Positions 10,275-19,738 of a DNA stretch of 64,000 nt are shown here, piece by piece. The stretch is from Vulcanimicrobiota bacterium. GTDB lineage: Bacteria > Vulcanimicrobiota > Vulcanimicrobiia > Vulcanimicrobiales > Vulcanimicrobiaceae. The position numbers and the translations under genes were made by a program. Positions within the stretch are counted from its first letter, which is position 1. Every line of letters begins with the position of its first letter. The notes beneath the pieces were generated by a model. That model saw nothing but the letters and a program-made list of their open reading frames with translations. It made no database searches and was not told the DNA's origin. Where the stretch lies: assembly GCA_963833095.1 (NCBI GenBank), contig CAWHWQ010000001.1:480001-544000 (forward strand). The letters run 5' to 3'.

Positions 10275-11186
10275 ATGGATTCGCAGATCAAAGCACAGTT
10301 CCCCGACGAGCAATCCGCCGACGGCGAGTTCGTTCGCCAAGAAGATCACTTCCGTGGCTGGGTCTCGGCCGATGGGCACAGCGGCTTCCCGGCCGTCGCC
10401 GGTCGATACCAGCTCTTTGTTTCACTTGCCTGCCCGTGGGCGCATCGCACGATCATCATGCGCAAGCTCAAGCGCCTCGACGCTGCGATTCCGATGACGA
10501 TCGTCGATCCGATTCGCGACGAACGAGGCTGGCGCTACGGTACCCATTTCTTGAGCGAACTCTACGCGGCGAGCGATCCGACCTATCGTGGCCGAGTGAC
10601 AGTCCCAGTGCTCTGGGACATGCAAACCAAACGGATCGTCAGCAACAACGACGATGACATCCTACGGATGTTTGAAACCGAGTTCGACGCGATCGGCGAC
10701 CCCGAGCCGGATTTTTATCCGCGCGAATATCGCACCGAGATCGACGCGCTCAACGCGGAGATCTTCCACGAGCTCAACGACGGCGTCTATCAGGCCGGCT
10801 TCGCCACCAGCCAGTCCGCGTACGAAGAAGCCGCCTACCGCGTCTTCGCGATGCTGGATCGTTTGGAGGAGCGTCTTACGACGCGGCGCTTTCTCTTCGG
10901 CAAGAAACCGGTTGAGACCGATTGGCGCGCGTTTGTGACGCTGATTCGCTTCGATCCGGTCTATTACGGTCACTTCAAGTGCAATCTGCGCCGGATCGTG
11001 GACTACCCCAATCTCTACGGCTACCTACGCGATCTCTACCAGTATCCTGGCGTCGCGCAGACGGTCGACTTCGATCACATCAAGCGCCACTACTACTACA
11101 CTCACGACGACATCAATCCGACCCGCATCGTGCCGATCGGCCCGCTACAATATCTCGAGATGCCCGCGCTCCGCGAACATCTTTAG
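10275..11186 (+). CDS. yqjG: Glutathionyl-hydroquinone reductase (Xi-class GST, YqjG-like)
   Basis: ACPWAHR, TVPVLWD, GVYQAGFA, RFDPVYYGHFKCN, INPTRIVPIGP. Confidence 0.93.
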   Translation: MDSQIKAQFPDEQSADGEFVRQEDHFRGWVSADGHSGFPAVAGRYQLFVSLACPWAHRTIIMRKLKRLDAAIPMTIVDPIRDERGWRYGTHFLSELYAASDPTYRGRVTVPVLWDMQTKRIVSNNDDDILRMFETEFDAIGDPEPDFYPREYRTEIDALNAEIFHELNDGVYQAGFATSQSAYEEAAYRVFAMLDRLEERLTTRRFLFGKKPVETDWRAFVTLIRFDPVYYGHFKCNLRRIVDYPNLYGYLRDLYQYPGVAQTVDFDHIKRHYYYTHDDINPTRIVPIGPLQYLEMPALREHL

Positions 11187-11443
11187 GAGCCGCAGCCGAT
11201 TGCGGCGAGCTGCTCGGCAGCAATTCCCTCAACGTTGAAGCTCTTAAACGGACTGCGTCCGCCTTGAATCAACCGCACACGCGAGGGCGCAATGCGCAGC
11301 TCGAGCGCGATTGCCTTCACGCACGCGTCATTCGCGGCCCCCTCGATCGCTTTCTCGCGCACTTTGAGGACCAGCTCGTCGCCAATCCGCGAGAACCCGG
11401 GCTTCGGCGATCCCGGCTTCACGTGCACACGCAGGATGCCCAC
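11183..11443 (-). CDS. DUF167 (YggU) family protein
   Basis: VHVKPGS, AIEGAAN, GGRSPFK. Confidence 0.85.
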   Translation of the reverse strand: MGILRVHVKPGSPKPGFSRIGDELVLKVREKAIEGAANDACVKAIALELRIAPSRVRLIQGGRSPFKSFNVEGIAAEQLAAIGCGS

Positions 11444-11448
11444 CGGCG

Positions 11449-11838
11449 CTAGCGGCTGGCCAAACGCACGAGCGTAACGCCGGCAGCTGCGGCGAGGAAT
11501 CCGAAGCCGACCGATGACGCAAGATAGACAAGCGCCGGGAAAACGCCCTGTTCGAGCAACGTGAACGCTTCAAGCGAAAACGACGAAAAGGTCGTGTAAC
11601 CGCCGAGTACGCCGGTCGCGAGCAAAACACGAAGAAATGGGGTCATACCTAGCGCGCGCGTCGCAGCCAGCTGCGCGATGATGCCGATGCAGAAGCTTCC
11701 CGATACGTTGATGAAAAGCGTGCCGTAAGGAAAACCGGGTCCGAGGCGCTGCAGAAAAACTTGCCCGATGACGTAACGCAGCACGCCGCCGATCGCCGCG
11801 CCGACCGCGACCGCGACCACGGCACGCCACTCGATCAC
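11449..11838 (-). CDS. crcB: Fluoride efflux channel Fluc/CrcB
   Basis: GAAIGGVLRY, FPYGTLFINVSGSF, TGVLGGYTTFSSFSLE. Confidence 0.97.
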   Translation of the reverse strand: MIEWRAVVAVAVGAAIGGVLRYVIGQVFLQRLGPGFPYGTLFINVSGSFCIGIIAQLAATRALGMTPFLRVLLATGVLGGYTTFSSFSLEAFTLLEQGVFPALVYLASSVGFGFLAAAAGVTLVRLASR

Positions 11839-12173
11839 GTTTTGCCTCGCGAGATACGCATCAACTCGAGGTTCTCGAGCGTAATCAAACCCTCGCTCAC
11901 CATCGAACGCAGCGTCGGCAGAAAGGCCAGAATCTTCGCCTCTTCTTCGATCACCTCGATGAGGGTCGGCAGGTTCGTCGACTGATCGAAGTTGCGCGCC
12001 GCGTGCACGGTCTTGTGAACGCCGAAGCCTTCGATCCCTTTGAGCACCGTTGCTCCCGCAAATCCCGCCGCCTTGAGCGCTTCGACGAGCGCCATATAAA
12101 GCGGACGGCCATCGAAACGGTCGTCCTCGTCAACGAAGATGCGTAGGAGTTTTCCAGTCGTTCGGTCGGGCAC
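11835..12173 (-). CDS. DUF190 (PII-like) protein, copy 1 (alternative TTG start at 12182)
   Basis: LLRIFVDEDD, AGATVLKGIEGFG, NLPTLIEVIE, EGLITLE; coupled to crcB. Confidence 0.92.
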   Translation of the reverse strand: MPDRTTGKLLRIFVDEDDRFDGRPLYMALVEALKAAGFAGATVLKGIEGFGVHKTVHAARNFDQSTNLPTLIEVIEEEAKILAFLPTLRSMVSEGLITLENLELMRISRGKT

Positions 12174-12225
12174 GTTGGCCAATTCCCCCCGCAACCCGCG
12201 ATCGCCCGCAGGGAGGCTTTGCCTG

Positions 12226-12255
12226 TTGCCACGACGGCGCCTCTTCGCGTATAGT
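12226..12255 (+). promoter_or_regulatory. Sigma-70-type promoter for the riboswitch/hyf transcript
   Basis: TTGCCA (12226-12231), 18 nt spacer, TATAGT (12250-12255), 11 nt before the aptamer. Confidence 0.65.
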
Positions 12256-12266
12256 AGTGGCAACTC

Positions 12267-12311
12267 AGCGATGAAGCTCGCTTAACGCCCTCCCGGGCTG
12301 ATGGCTTCTAC
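12267..12311 (+). ncRNA. Fluoride riboswitch (crcB motif) aptamer
   Basis: AGCGATGAAGCTCGCT-TAAC-GCCCTCCCGGGC-TGATGGCTTCTAC: P1 AGCGA/TCGCT, P2 GCCC/GGGC, pseudoknot GAAGC/GCTTC, conserved GAUG, UGAUG and CUAC. Confidence 0.93.
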
Positions 12312-12346
12312 TCAAGACCGCCCGTACTTTGAGTGGAGCTTTTTTT
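12304..12346 (+). terminator. Intrinsic terminator forming the riboswitch expression platform
   Basis: GCTTCTACTCAAG pairs with TTTGAGTGGAGC, followed by 7 T; the 5' arm is the pseudoknot strand of the aptamer. Confidence 0.8.
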
Positions 12347-13295
12347 GTTACAAAGTATCGCGATCAATCTCTGCCAAGTCGCGTTTGTCTGTGGGCTCTC
12401 CCCGCTTGTGGCCGGCATTCTTGCCAAGCTCAAGGAGTTGACGCAGTCCAAGCGCGGGCCCAGTATTTGGCAGCCCTACCGCGACCTGCGCAAGCTCTTC
12501 CAAAAGGACGAGGTCATCTCGAACGAGAGCACGTGGATCTTCCGCGCAACACCGTTCGTCGTCTTCGTTGTCCCCCTCGCCGTCACTCTGCTGATTCCAG
12601 TACTCACGAACTTCCCGCTCTTCTTTGCCTTCGCCGGGGACATGCTCGCAGCGGGCTTCATTCTCGCCCTCTCGGGCTTTTTCTTGACGCTTGCCGCAAT
12701 CGATGCGGGCAACCCCTACGGGGTGATGGGTGCGAGCCGCACACGCATGGTTGGAGTGCTGGTCGAACCCGTGATCATCGTCGCACTTTTCACCGTCTCC
12801 TTCGTTGCGAACTCGACGATTCCGTACATCGTGCAACAGCATTGGGTGACTCCACCGTCCAACTTTTTTTCCGCATCGCACGTACTCGTGCTGATCGCGT
12901 TCTTCATGGTCATCCTAGCCGAAACCGGCCGCATTCCGGTCGATAACCCGAGCGGGCACTTCGAATTGGCGATGATCGATAAATCAAAGACGCTCGAGTT
13001 TTCCGGACCGTCGATGGCGTTGGTCAAGTGGGGCGGCTATATGAAATTTGTCGTCCTCTCGTGCGTATTGCTCAATGTCTTTCTCGCGCCGTGGGGCCTC
13101 TCGCCGTATCCATTACCACTCGCTATTGCGTCCGCCGCATTTTGGATATTCGTGAAGATCCTGGTTCTGATCGGCGTCGTCGTTTTCGTGGAATCGTCGT
13201 TTTCGAAACTTCGGCTCTTTCGCATCGCGGAATTCGTTGGATTCTCTTTCATTGCGTCGGTAACCGCAATGATCACGCAACTCTTACACCTGTGA
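12333..13295 (+). CDS. hyfC: HyfC/HycD/NuoH-like membrane subunit
   Basis: QSKRGPSIWQPYRDLRKL, AETGRIPVDNP..HFELAMI, LEFSG; start uncertain (GTG 12333 or TTG 12345). Confidence 0.88.
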   Translation: MELFLLQSIAINLCQVAFVCGLSPLVAGILAKLKELTQSKRGPSIWQPYRDLRKLFQKDEVISNESTWIFRATPFVVFVVPLAVTLLIPVLTNFPLFFAFAGDMLAAGFILALSGFFLTLAAIDAGNPYGVMGASRTRMVGVLVEPVIIVALFTVSFVANSTIPYIVQQHWVTPPSNFFSASHVLVLIAFFMVILAETGRIPVDNPSGHFELAMIDKSKTLEFSGPSMALVKWGGYMKFVVLSCVLLNVFLAPWGLSPYPLPLAIASAAFWIFVKILVLIGVVVFVESSFSKLRLFRIAEFVGFSFIASVTAMITQLLHL

Positions 13296-13314
13296 GCGCC
13301 GGAGAACACACGAC

Positions 13315-13980
13315 ATGACGACGTGGCTTTACGACCTCAACGCCTTGGTACTCGGATTATTTGTCCTCTGCGCGATCGGCATGGCGGTCATGCGTCAGGT
13401 CGGGGCCTGCTTACAGGTATTCGTAATCCAATCGCTGCTCTTGGCGGCCTCCGCCTTTCTTTTGGGCGGATCGCCGTGGTCATGGCATCTCTTTGCGCTC
13501 GGCTGCGTTACCATCGCGAGCAAAGCCGTACTGATTCCATGGATACTACGCGCGCTGGTGCCGGGCGAGGTCTACGCACGACGCGAACTTTCGCAGGCGA
13601 TCGGCGTTCCGGCAATTCTCTTGGCGACGCTGGCCCTCGTCCTCGCCGGATATGCGTTTGCCCGCCCACTCAATGCGGCGGCGCCAAGTCTCTCCGCTGC
13701 GAACGTTTCGCTGGGGGCTGCAGGCCTCTTTATCGCGCTCCTGTCGCTCGCGGTGCGCCGTGAAGCGGTTCCGCAAATTCTCGGAATCTTGGCGATGGAG
13801 AACGGCGCCTTTCTCGCCGGCATCGCGATTGCTCCGGACTTTCCGCTCATCGCCGAACTCGCGATCGCATTCGATGTTCCGCTGCTCGCGTTCATCGTGG
13901 CGTTGCTCACCCGCGCCGTCTACCATCACATCGGGTCAACCGAGATCGCCAAGCTCTCGACACTGCGGGAGGCCCCGTGA
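13315..13980 (+). CDS. hyfE: HyfE-like membrane subunit
   Basis: KAVLIPWIL, QILGILAMENG, PLIAELAIAFD. Confidence 0.85.
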   Translation: MTTWLYDLNALVLGLFVLCAIGMAVMRQVGACLQVFVIQSLLLAASAFLLGGSPWSWHLFALGCVTIASKAVLIPWILRALVPGEVYARRELSQAIGVPAILLATLALVLAGYAFARPLNAAAPSLSAANVSLGAAGLFIALLSLAVRREAVPQILGILAMENGAFLAGIAIAPDFPLIAELAIAFDVPLLAFIVALLTRAVYHHIGSTEIAKLSTLREAP

Positions 13981-15404
13981 CCCTACTGCCCTTTGCTATC
14001 GCCGGGACGCCTCTTGCGGCCGCCGCACTTCTCGCGCTGCCGCGAAGCGAACGAATCGCCGGCGTCGTCACGGTGGTCGCGGCATCGCTTTCATTCGTGC
14101 TGGCCGTCACGCTTATTATCGGCGTGCGCTTGCACGGGCCGCTCATTGCAATCCCGCACTTCGTCGAGATCGACGGCTTCGGGGCCCTACTGGCGCTTTT
14201 GATCGCACTCGTTGCCACGACCGCGGCGCTCTTTTCCTACGGCTACATCAGGCACGAAGATCCGAATCCGCGACGCGTCAGGCTCTATTATGCGAATTTC
14301 AATCTCTTCGTCTTCTCTATGCTCACCATTCCGCTCACCGTCGAGCTCGGGATGGTGTGGATCTTCGTCGAGTTGACCACGCTGCTCTCGGTGATGCTCG
14401 TCAGCTATGAAAACACGCGCGCGGCACTCGAAGCGGCCTGGAAGTACATGGTGCTCACGCTGTTGGGTGCGACCGTTGCAGTACTCGGTGTTCTCGTTCT
14501 CTTTTGGGCGCTGCACCAGACCGGATCGACCGACTTCACCTGGAACGGCCTGCTCGCTCATGCGGCAGCGATGCCCCCGGCGCTGGTAAAAGGCGCCTTT
14601 GTTTTGCTCCTGATCGGTTACGGCGCAAAGATCGGCCTCGTTCCGTTGCACACGTGGCTACCTGACGCGCACAGCCAGGCGCCTTCGCCGGTGTGCGCGC
14701 TGCTTTCCGGCATTGAAACGACCGCCGTGCTCTACGTGCTCCTGCGGTTGCGCAACGTCTTTGCGCGTGTTCCTGGAACCCATGTGGGGACGTGGTTTGC
14801 GGTTTTCGGAGCGATCTCCGTCGTCGTGGCGGTGCTGTTAATCGTCCAGACGCGCGATTACAAGCGACTGTTCGCATTTTCGACGGTCGAACACATGGGG
14901 ATCATTCTGGCCGCGGCAAGCCTGGGGACGCCGCTTGGCGACGCCGCCGTCGTCTGGCAGATCGTCGCGCACGCCGTCACCAAATCATTCTCTTTCTACG
15001 CAGCCGGATCGACGCTTCTCGTTACCGGAACGCGGGCGATCGATGAGGTGAGTGGATTGCTCGGGCGCTCGCGTACTGCTGCCGCGGCGCTGATCGCCGG
15101 CGCGCTTGCGATCTCGGGTGCCCCGCCATTCGCGGTCTTCTTGAGTGAACTCGCCGTGCTGCGGGCCGGCATCGATGCGCATGCGTACCTTCTAACAGGA
15201 GTGCTGGCCGTGGCGATCGTGATTGGCTTCTGCGCAATGCTCTGGCACGTCACCGGAATGGTCAGCGGGGAATCGCGACCGAAAGCGCCGGAACAAGCAG
15301 CACTCCCGCGATCCTGTCGCGCGGCGCTGGCAATTGCAGCGGTTCCCATGCTGCTTTTAGGTCTATGGGTTCCGCTCTCGATCGGAACGTTATGGACGCC
15401 GTAA
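13977..15404 (+). CDS. hyfF: HyfF-like antiporter (NuoL/M/N, MrpD-type) subunit
   Basis: LEAAWKY, KIGLVPLHTWLPDAHSQAPSPVCALLSG, YKRLFAFSTVEHMG. Confidence 0.9.
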   Translation: MTLLPFAIAGTPLAAAALLALPRSERIAGVVTVVAASLSFVLAVTLIIGVRLHGPLIAIPHFVEIDGFGALLALLIALVATTAALFSYGYIRHEDPNPRRVRLYYANFNLFVFSMLTIPLTVELGMVWIFVELTTLLSVMLVSYENTRAALEAAWKYMVLTLLGATVAVLGVLVLFWALHQTGSTDFTWNGLLAHAAAMPPALVKGAFVLLLIGYGAKIGLVPLHTWLPDAHSQAPSPVCALLSGIETTAVLYVLLRLRNVFARVPGTHVGTWFAVFGAISVVVAVLLIVQTRDYKRLFAFSTVEHMGIILAAASLGTPLGDAAVVWQIVAHAVTKSFSFYAAGSTLLVTGTRAIDEVSGLLGRSRTAAAALIAGALAISGAPPFAVFLSELAVLRAGIDAHAYLLTGVLAVAIVIGFCAMLWHVTGMVSGESRPKAPEQAALPRSCRAALAIAAVPMLLLGLWVPLSIGTLWTP

Positions 15405-16879
15405 TGGTGCCGGCCGAACACCTCGTGGCCGAGGTCGCACGATTACACGCGGAGCAAAAGCGTCTCGGGACGATTGTCGCAACCGAGGCAGCCGGCACGA
15501 TCGTGCTTCGCTATTTTTTCTACGACGTCGCTGCGCCCGACTGGGTGGAGCTTGTCGTCGAGGTGGATCCGGCGCAGCGCTGTGCTCCAAGCATTACCGG
15601 CATCACCATCGCGGCGGATTGGCAAGAGCGCGAGATTGAGGATCTGTTCGGTATCAGCTTCTCCGGCCATCCGCGGCTTGGCGACTTCGTATTACACGAC
15701 GACAAATGGGCCGAAGATCTCGGGCTCATGCGCCCACAGGTTCCCGATGAGGCCATCGCGCAGACGCGCCGGCACTGGGCGCCGCTGCGCGTCCTGCAGG
15801 AAGACGGCGCATTCGTCATGCCGGTTGGGCCGATTTACTCGGGCGATGCAGAGTCCTCGCTCTTCTTGCTCGAGACCGTTGGCGAAGACGTGGTGCGCGC
15901 GGTCCCGCGCCTCTTTTATAAGTTTCGTGCAATCGAGCGACTCGCCCAAGGGCGCAGCATGCAGGACGTGCTGCTGCTCGCCGAGCGATGCAACGGAACC
16001 GCCGCGTTCGGAAATGGGTGGGCCTATTGCCGCGCCGTAGAGTCCGCGCTGGGCGTCCACGTTCCGCCCGAAGCAATCGCATGGCGAACGTTCTTGGCGG
16101 AACTCGAGCGCGTCCGCCACCATGCCGGCGCGATTCGCGCGATCTGCGATTCGACCGCGCTCGGGGTTGCTGCGGCACAAGCCGCCGCATACGAAGAGCG
16201 GCTGCTCCGCGTGAGCGAAGGATTGACCGGGCATCGGTATCTCTTCGGTGCGCTGTGCATCGGCGGCATTTCCTTCACGCCGGAGCGGGCGGACGCCGAA
16301 CATGCGTACGAGTTGGTGCGCGCGCTGATCGATGAGCTGCAACCGTTCCGCGCGCTGCTCGAACGCACGAGCAGCTTTCTGGACCGTATCGAAGCTGTCG
16401 GTGTGATCGGCACGGCGCAGGCGCAGGCCTTCGAACTCGTCGGCCCGATCGCACGCGCAAGCGGTGTTGGGATCGACCTGCGCGTCGCGCAGTTCTACGG
16501 CGTCTACGATGCGCTGACGTTCGAGGTGCCTGTCGAGGAAGAGGGCGATGGGTTTGCGCGCCTGCGCGTGCTCTTCCGCGAAATTGGCGCGTCGGTGCAG
16601 CTGATGGCCCAGTCGTTGCGCCTCCTGAGCGGTGGACCAGTGCGCACGCAAGTTCAGACACGTGACGGGGCGGCGCTAGGATGGACGGAAACGCCGCAGG
16701 GCGCTTCGCTCTGTTGGGTCGCGCTGCGTCCCGACGGCCAGGTGACGCGCTTTCGCATTTCGCCGCCGTCGTTTTGTAATTGGCACGGTTTTCACATTGC
16801 TACCGAAGACTTCGCCTTCCAAGATCTCCCAATTATCCTGGCCACGATGGGCCTTTCGGTCGCTGAAAACGATCGATGA
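15392..16879 (+). CDS. hyfG: HyfG/HycE-like large subunit (NuoC+D) lacking the Ni-binding CxxC motifs (Ehr type)
   Basis: WQEREIEDLFG, AELERVRHH, VGPIARASG; L1 site reads ERCNGTAAF, L2 site reads MGLSVAENDR. Confidence 0.88.
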   Translation: MDAVMVPAEHLVAEVARLHAEQKRLGTIVATEAAGTIVLRYFFYDVAAPDWVELVVEVDPAQRCAPSITGITIAADWQEREIEDLFGISFSGHPRLGDFVLHDDKWAEDLGLMRPQVPDEAIAQTRRHWAPLRVLQEDGAFVMPVGPIYSGDAESSLFLLETVGEDVVRAVPRLFYKFRAIERLAQGRSMQDVLLLAERCNGTAAFGNGWAYCRAVESALGVHVPPEAIAWRTFLAELERVRHHAGAIRAICDSTALGVAAAQAAAYEERLLRVSEGLTGHRYLFGALCIGGISFTPERADAEHAYELVRALIDELQPFRALLERTSSFLDRIEAVGVIGTAQAQAFELVGPIARASGVGIDLRVAQFYGVYDALTFEVPVEEEGDGFARLRVLFREIGASVQLMAQSLRLLSGGPVRTQVQTRDGAALGWTETPQGASLCWVALRPDGQVTRFRISPPSFCNWHGFHIATEDFAFQDLPIILATMGLSVAENDR

Positions 16880-16892
16880 AAGGAGCACGCAC

Positions 16893-17609
16893 ATGAGTTG
16901 GTTTTGGCGTGGGTTGATCGCGGGCACGCGAACCGAACGATATGACGAGTCAAAGCCTGCGCCGGTCGGCACGACGCCGGGGATGCCGGTAACGACGACG
17001 TTCGCGGATCCATCCGCGCCACGCGAACTCGCGACGCTCTGCCCCACCGGCGCGATCGAGGCGCAAGGCGAAACGGCACTCCTCGATCGCGATCGCTGCG
17101 TTCATTGTTTGCGATGCGCACCGAAACGCGGCTCGCAGGCGCTCACCTGGAACGACAGCTTCGCGTGGGCGCACGCGCCGGACGGGAACGCAGTGCGAGC
17201 GCTCCCGGCACGCTTTCGCCGCTCGATGCATGTGCGGGTTGTCGACGCAGGCGACTGCGGATCGTGCCTCAACGAAATAGTCCACCTCAACGACCCTTTC
17301 TATAACATGCACCGGTTTGGTTTTTTCATCACGCCGACGCCACGCCAAGCCGACGTTCTGCTGGTTGTCGGGCCGGTGACGCAACAGATGCGCGAAGCCT
17401 TGCTCACCGCCTATCAAGCAATGCCCGAGCCCAAACGCGTCGTGGCCGTGGGCGTGTGCGCCGTGAGCGGAGGCATATTTGGGCCCAGCGTGATGTGCGC
17501 GGCAGGAGCGGGCGACGTGCTCCCGGTCGACGTCGTGGTGCCGGGCTGCCCTCCTCCGCCTTTGGCTATTCTCAACGCGCTCATGGAGGTCTGCAACCGC
17601 AAGCCGTGA
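16893..17609 (+). CDS. hyfI: HyfI/NuoB-like small subunit with fused N-terminal ferredoxin-like segment
   Basis: LCPTGAI and CVHCLRC, then DCGSCLNE, TPRQADVLLVVGP, GVCA, PGCPPPP; SD AAGGAG. Confidence 0.9.
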   Translation: MSWFWRGLIAGTRTERYDESKPAPVGTTPGMPVTTTFADPSAPRELATLCPTGAIEAQGETALLDRDRCVHCLRCAPKRGSQALTWNDSFAWAHAPDGNAVRALPARFRRSMHVRVVDAGDCGSCLNEIVHLNDPFYNMHRFGFFITPTPRQADVLLVVGPVTQQMREALLTAYQAMPEPKRVVAVGVCAVSGGIFGPSVMCAAGAGDVLPVDVVVPGCPPPPLAILNALMEVCNRKP

Positions 17610-19738
17610 CGAATTTGCTGCTCGCCGCCTATGCGTCGACGTTTGCCCTTGCACTGCTGGGAGCAATTGCCGCGCTTGTATTTCCGTCGCGCGCGCGCAC
17701 CTTGCTCGCGTGGTTTTCGCTTGCGGCGTCGCTCGCGGCGCTCGCGGCGGGTACCGTCTCATTCTTCGTTCCCGATACCCATGTGGCGCTGTGGGCTCTG
17801 CCCGCGTACGGCCCGCTGTTGCTCAAGACCACGCCGCTGGGCGCGTTCTCGACTTGCATTGCCGCGTTGATCTACGTTCCGGTCTCGATCTACAGCGGCG
17901 CTTACCTTCGGCGCTACGAAGGCGCTTATTCGGTCGCCTCGTTTGCTCTGTGGTACTTCCTGCTCTTCGCGTCGGTCATCGCCGTCTTCGTCTGCGCCGA
18001 CGTCGTCTCGTTTTTCGTCGTCTGGGAAATCGCAGCGATTGCGAGCGCAGCGCTGGTTGCCTTCGAGTGGCGCGACCGCTTGTGCACGCGCGCGGCCTAT
18101 CTCATGCTGGCCATGACGGAGGCCGGTACGGCGACAGCAATCCTCGCGATGTTGATCGTCTTCGCCGGCTCGGGCTCCTATGCGTTTGCACCGGGCGCAG
18201 GCGCGCATCTGCCGCCGCAGCTCGGATGGTCCGCTGCTTTACTTGCGCTCTTCGGTTTTGGCGTGAAGGCTGGGCTTGCGCCGGTGAACTCGTGGCTGCC
18301 GCGCGCCTACCCCGTCGCGCCCGCCAACGTCTCGACGATCCTTTCCGCGATCGTCGTAAATCTCGGTGTGTACGGCATCCTGCTCGTGAACGTCGAATTT
18401 GCGCCGCTGCATTCCCTCGCGTTCGGCGCCCTGATGCTTGCAATCGGCGCCGTTTCAGCTCTCCTCGGCATCCTGTATGCCTCGGTAAGCGATGACGCAA
18501 AAGCAGTCCTGGCCTACAGTTCGATCGAGAATCTGGGAATCGTCGTCGCGGGCATGGGCGCGGGCCTCGTCTTTCTCGACGCAGGGAAGCCCGCCTTCGC
18601 GGCGCTCGGATTTGCCGCTGCACTCTACCACCTGCTAAATCATTCCACGTACAAGGCGTTGTTGTTTCTCGGAATCGGCGTCGTCGATATGCACGCTGGG
18701 ACCCGGAGCATCGATCGTATGGGCGGATTGATCCGGTTGCTGCCCGCGACGGCAGCGTGCGTATTGATCGGTTGTCTTGCGATCTCGGCGATCCCGCCGC
18801 TCAATGGATTTACGAGCGAATGGCTCACACTGCAGTCGCTGCTGCGCAGTTCGGAACTGGCGTCCATTGGGATGCGCGTGACCTTCGCACTCTCCGGCGC
18901 CGTTCTTGCGCTCACCGCAGCACTGGCGATCACCACCTTCGTCAAGATGTTCGGCATGATCTTCCTCGGCGTCGCACGCACGAATTGGGCCGATCGACCG
19001 ATCACCGAAGCTCCCCTTGCGATGCGCGCGGCAATGTATCTCCTGGCCGCCGCGTGCGTGCTACTCGGCATCGGACCGACGTATGTGCTCGGTGTCGTGG
19101 ATCGCGCCTTGCGCGACCTGTCCGGATCGATCGCGTCCTACACGCTCGTTCCGGGATTCCTCTCTCCGTATCCTGGACGGGCACCATTGCCCGCCGGCTT
19201 CGTTGCAACGTTCCACGCATTGGGTGCACAAGTCGGCATGCATGTGGTTCCCGGTCACGGCTTGGTCGTGATGCTGCGCGGCGGCAGCGCAAACCCGGTG
19301 GTGTTTGCGATGTCCACCACCTATCTGTGTCTCATTTTATTCGTACTGTTCACGGCGACATACGCGGGCGTACGTCTGGCTGCGCGCGGTCGCCTCGTGC
19401 AACGTGCGCTCGCGTGGGCAGGCGGACTGCGCGTATTGGCCCCGAGCATGACCTACACGGGTACGGGGTTCTCGAATCCGATCCGCGTGATCTTCGAAGC
19501 GGTGTTCCAACCGGCAACGAACGACGAGCGCGAGACCGTCCAGGAGCATTTTCGTACCGCGATACGGCGCGAACGCCGGAACGACTACATCGGCGACCGG
19601 CTCGTGATAGTACCTGCTACGCGCGCGGTACAGTGGTCTGCGCGCCTGCTCGCCCGCATGCATCACGGCCACCTCGACGCCTACGTGCTCTATGCGCTGT
19701 TCACGCTACTGCTTGCGCTCGGAATCATGTTCGGCTAA
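17606..19738 (+). CDS. hyfB: HyfB/HycC-like antiporter subunit
   Basis: FFVVWE, KAGLAPVNSWLP, LAYSSIENLG, NHSTYKALLFLG, PPLNGFTSEW, MTYTGTGFSNP. Confidence 0.9.
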   Translation: MTNLLLAAYASTFALALLGAIAALVFPSRARTLLAWFSLAASLAALAAGTVSFFVPDTHVALWALPAYGPLLLKTTPLGAFSTCIAALIYVPVSIYSGAYLRRYEGAYSVASFALWYFLLFASVIAVFVCADVVSFFVVWEIAAIASAALVAFEWRDRLCTRAAYLMLAMTEAGTATAILAMLIVFAGSGSYAFAPGAGAHLPPQLGWSAALLALFGFGVKAGLAPVNSWLPRAYPVAPANVSTILSAIVVNLGVYGILLVNVEFAPLHSLAFGALMLAIGAVSALLGILYASVSDDAKAVLAYSSIENLGIVVAGMGAGLVFLDAGKPAFAALGFAAALYHLLNHSTYKALLFLGIGVVDMHAGTRSIDRMGGLIRLLPATAACVLIGCLAISAIPPLNGFTSEWLTLQSLLRSSELASIGMRVTFALSGAVLALTAALAITTFVKMFGMIFLGVARTNWADRPITEAPLAMRAAMYLLAAACVLLGIGPTYVLGVVDRALRDLSGSIASYTLVPGFLSPYPGRAPLPAGFVATFHALGAQVGMHVVPGHGLVVMLRGGSANPVVFAMSTTYLCLILFVLFTATYAGVRLAARGRLVQRALAWAGGLRVLAPSMTYTGTGFSNPIRVIFEAVFQPATNDERETVQEHFRTAIRRERRNDYIGDRLVIVPATRAVQWSARLLARMHHGHLDAYVLYALFTLLLALGIMFG

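Noticed and set aside
12333..19738. Functional [NiFe] hydrogenase-4 / formate hydrogenlyase
   Set aside because: Ni-ligating CxxC motifs are absent, and there is no maturation protease, hyp or fdh gene in the window.
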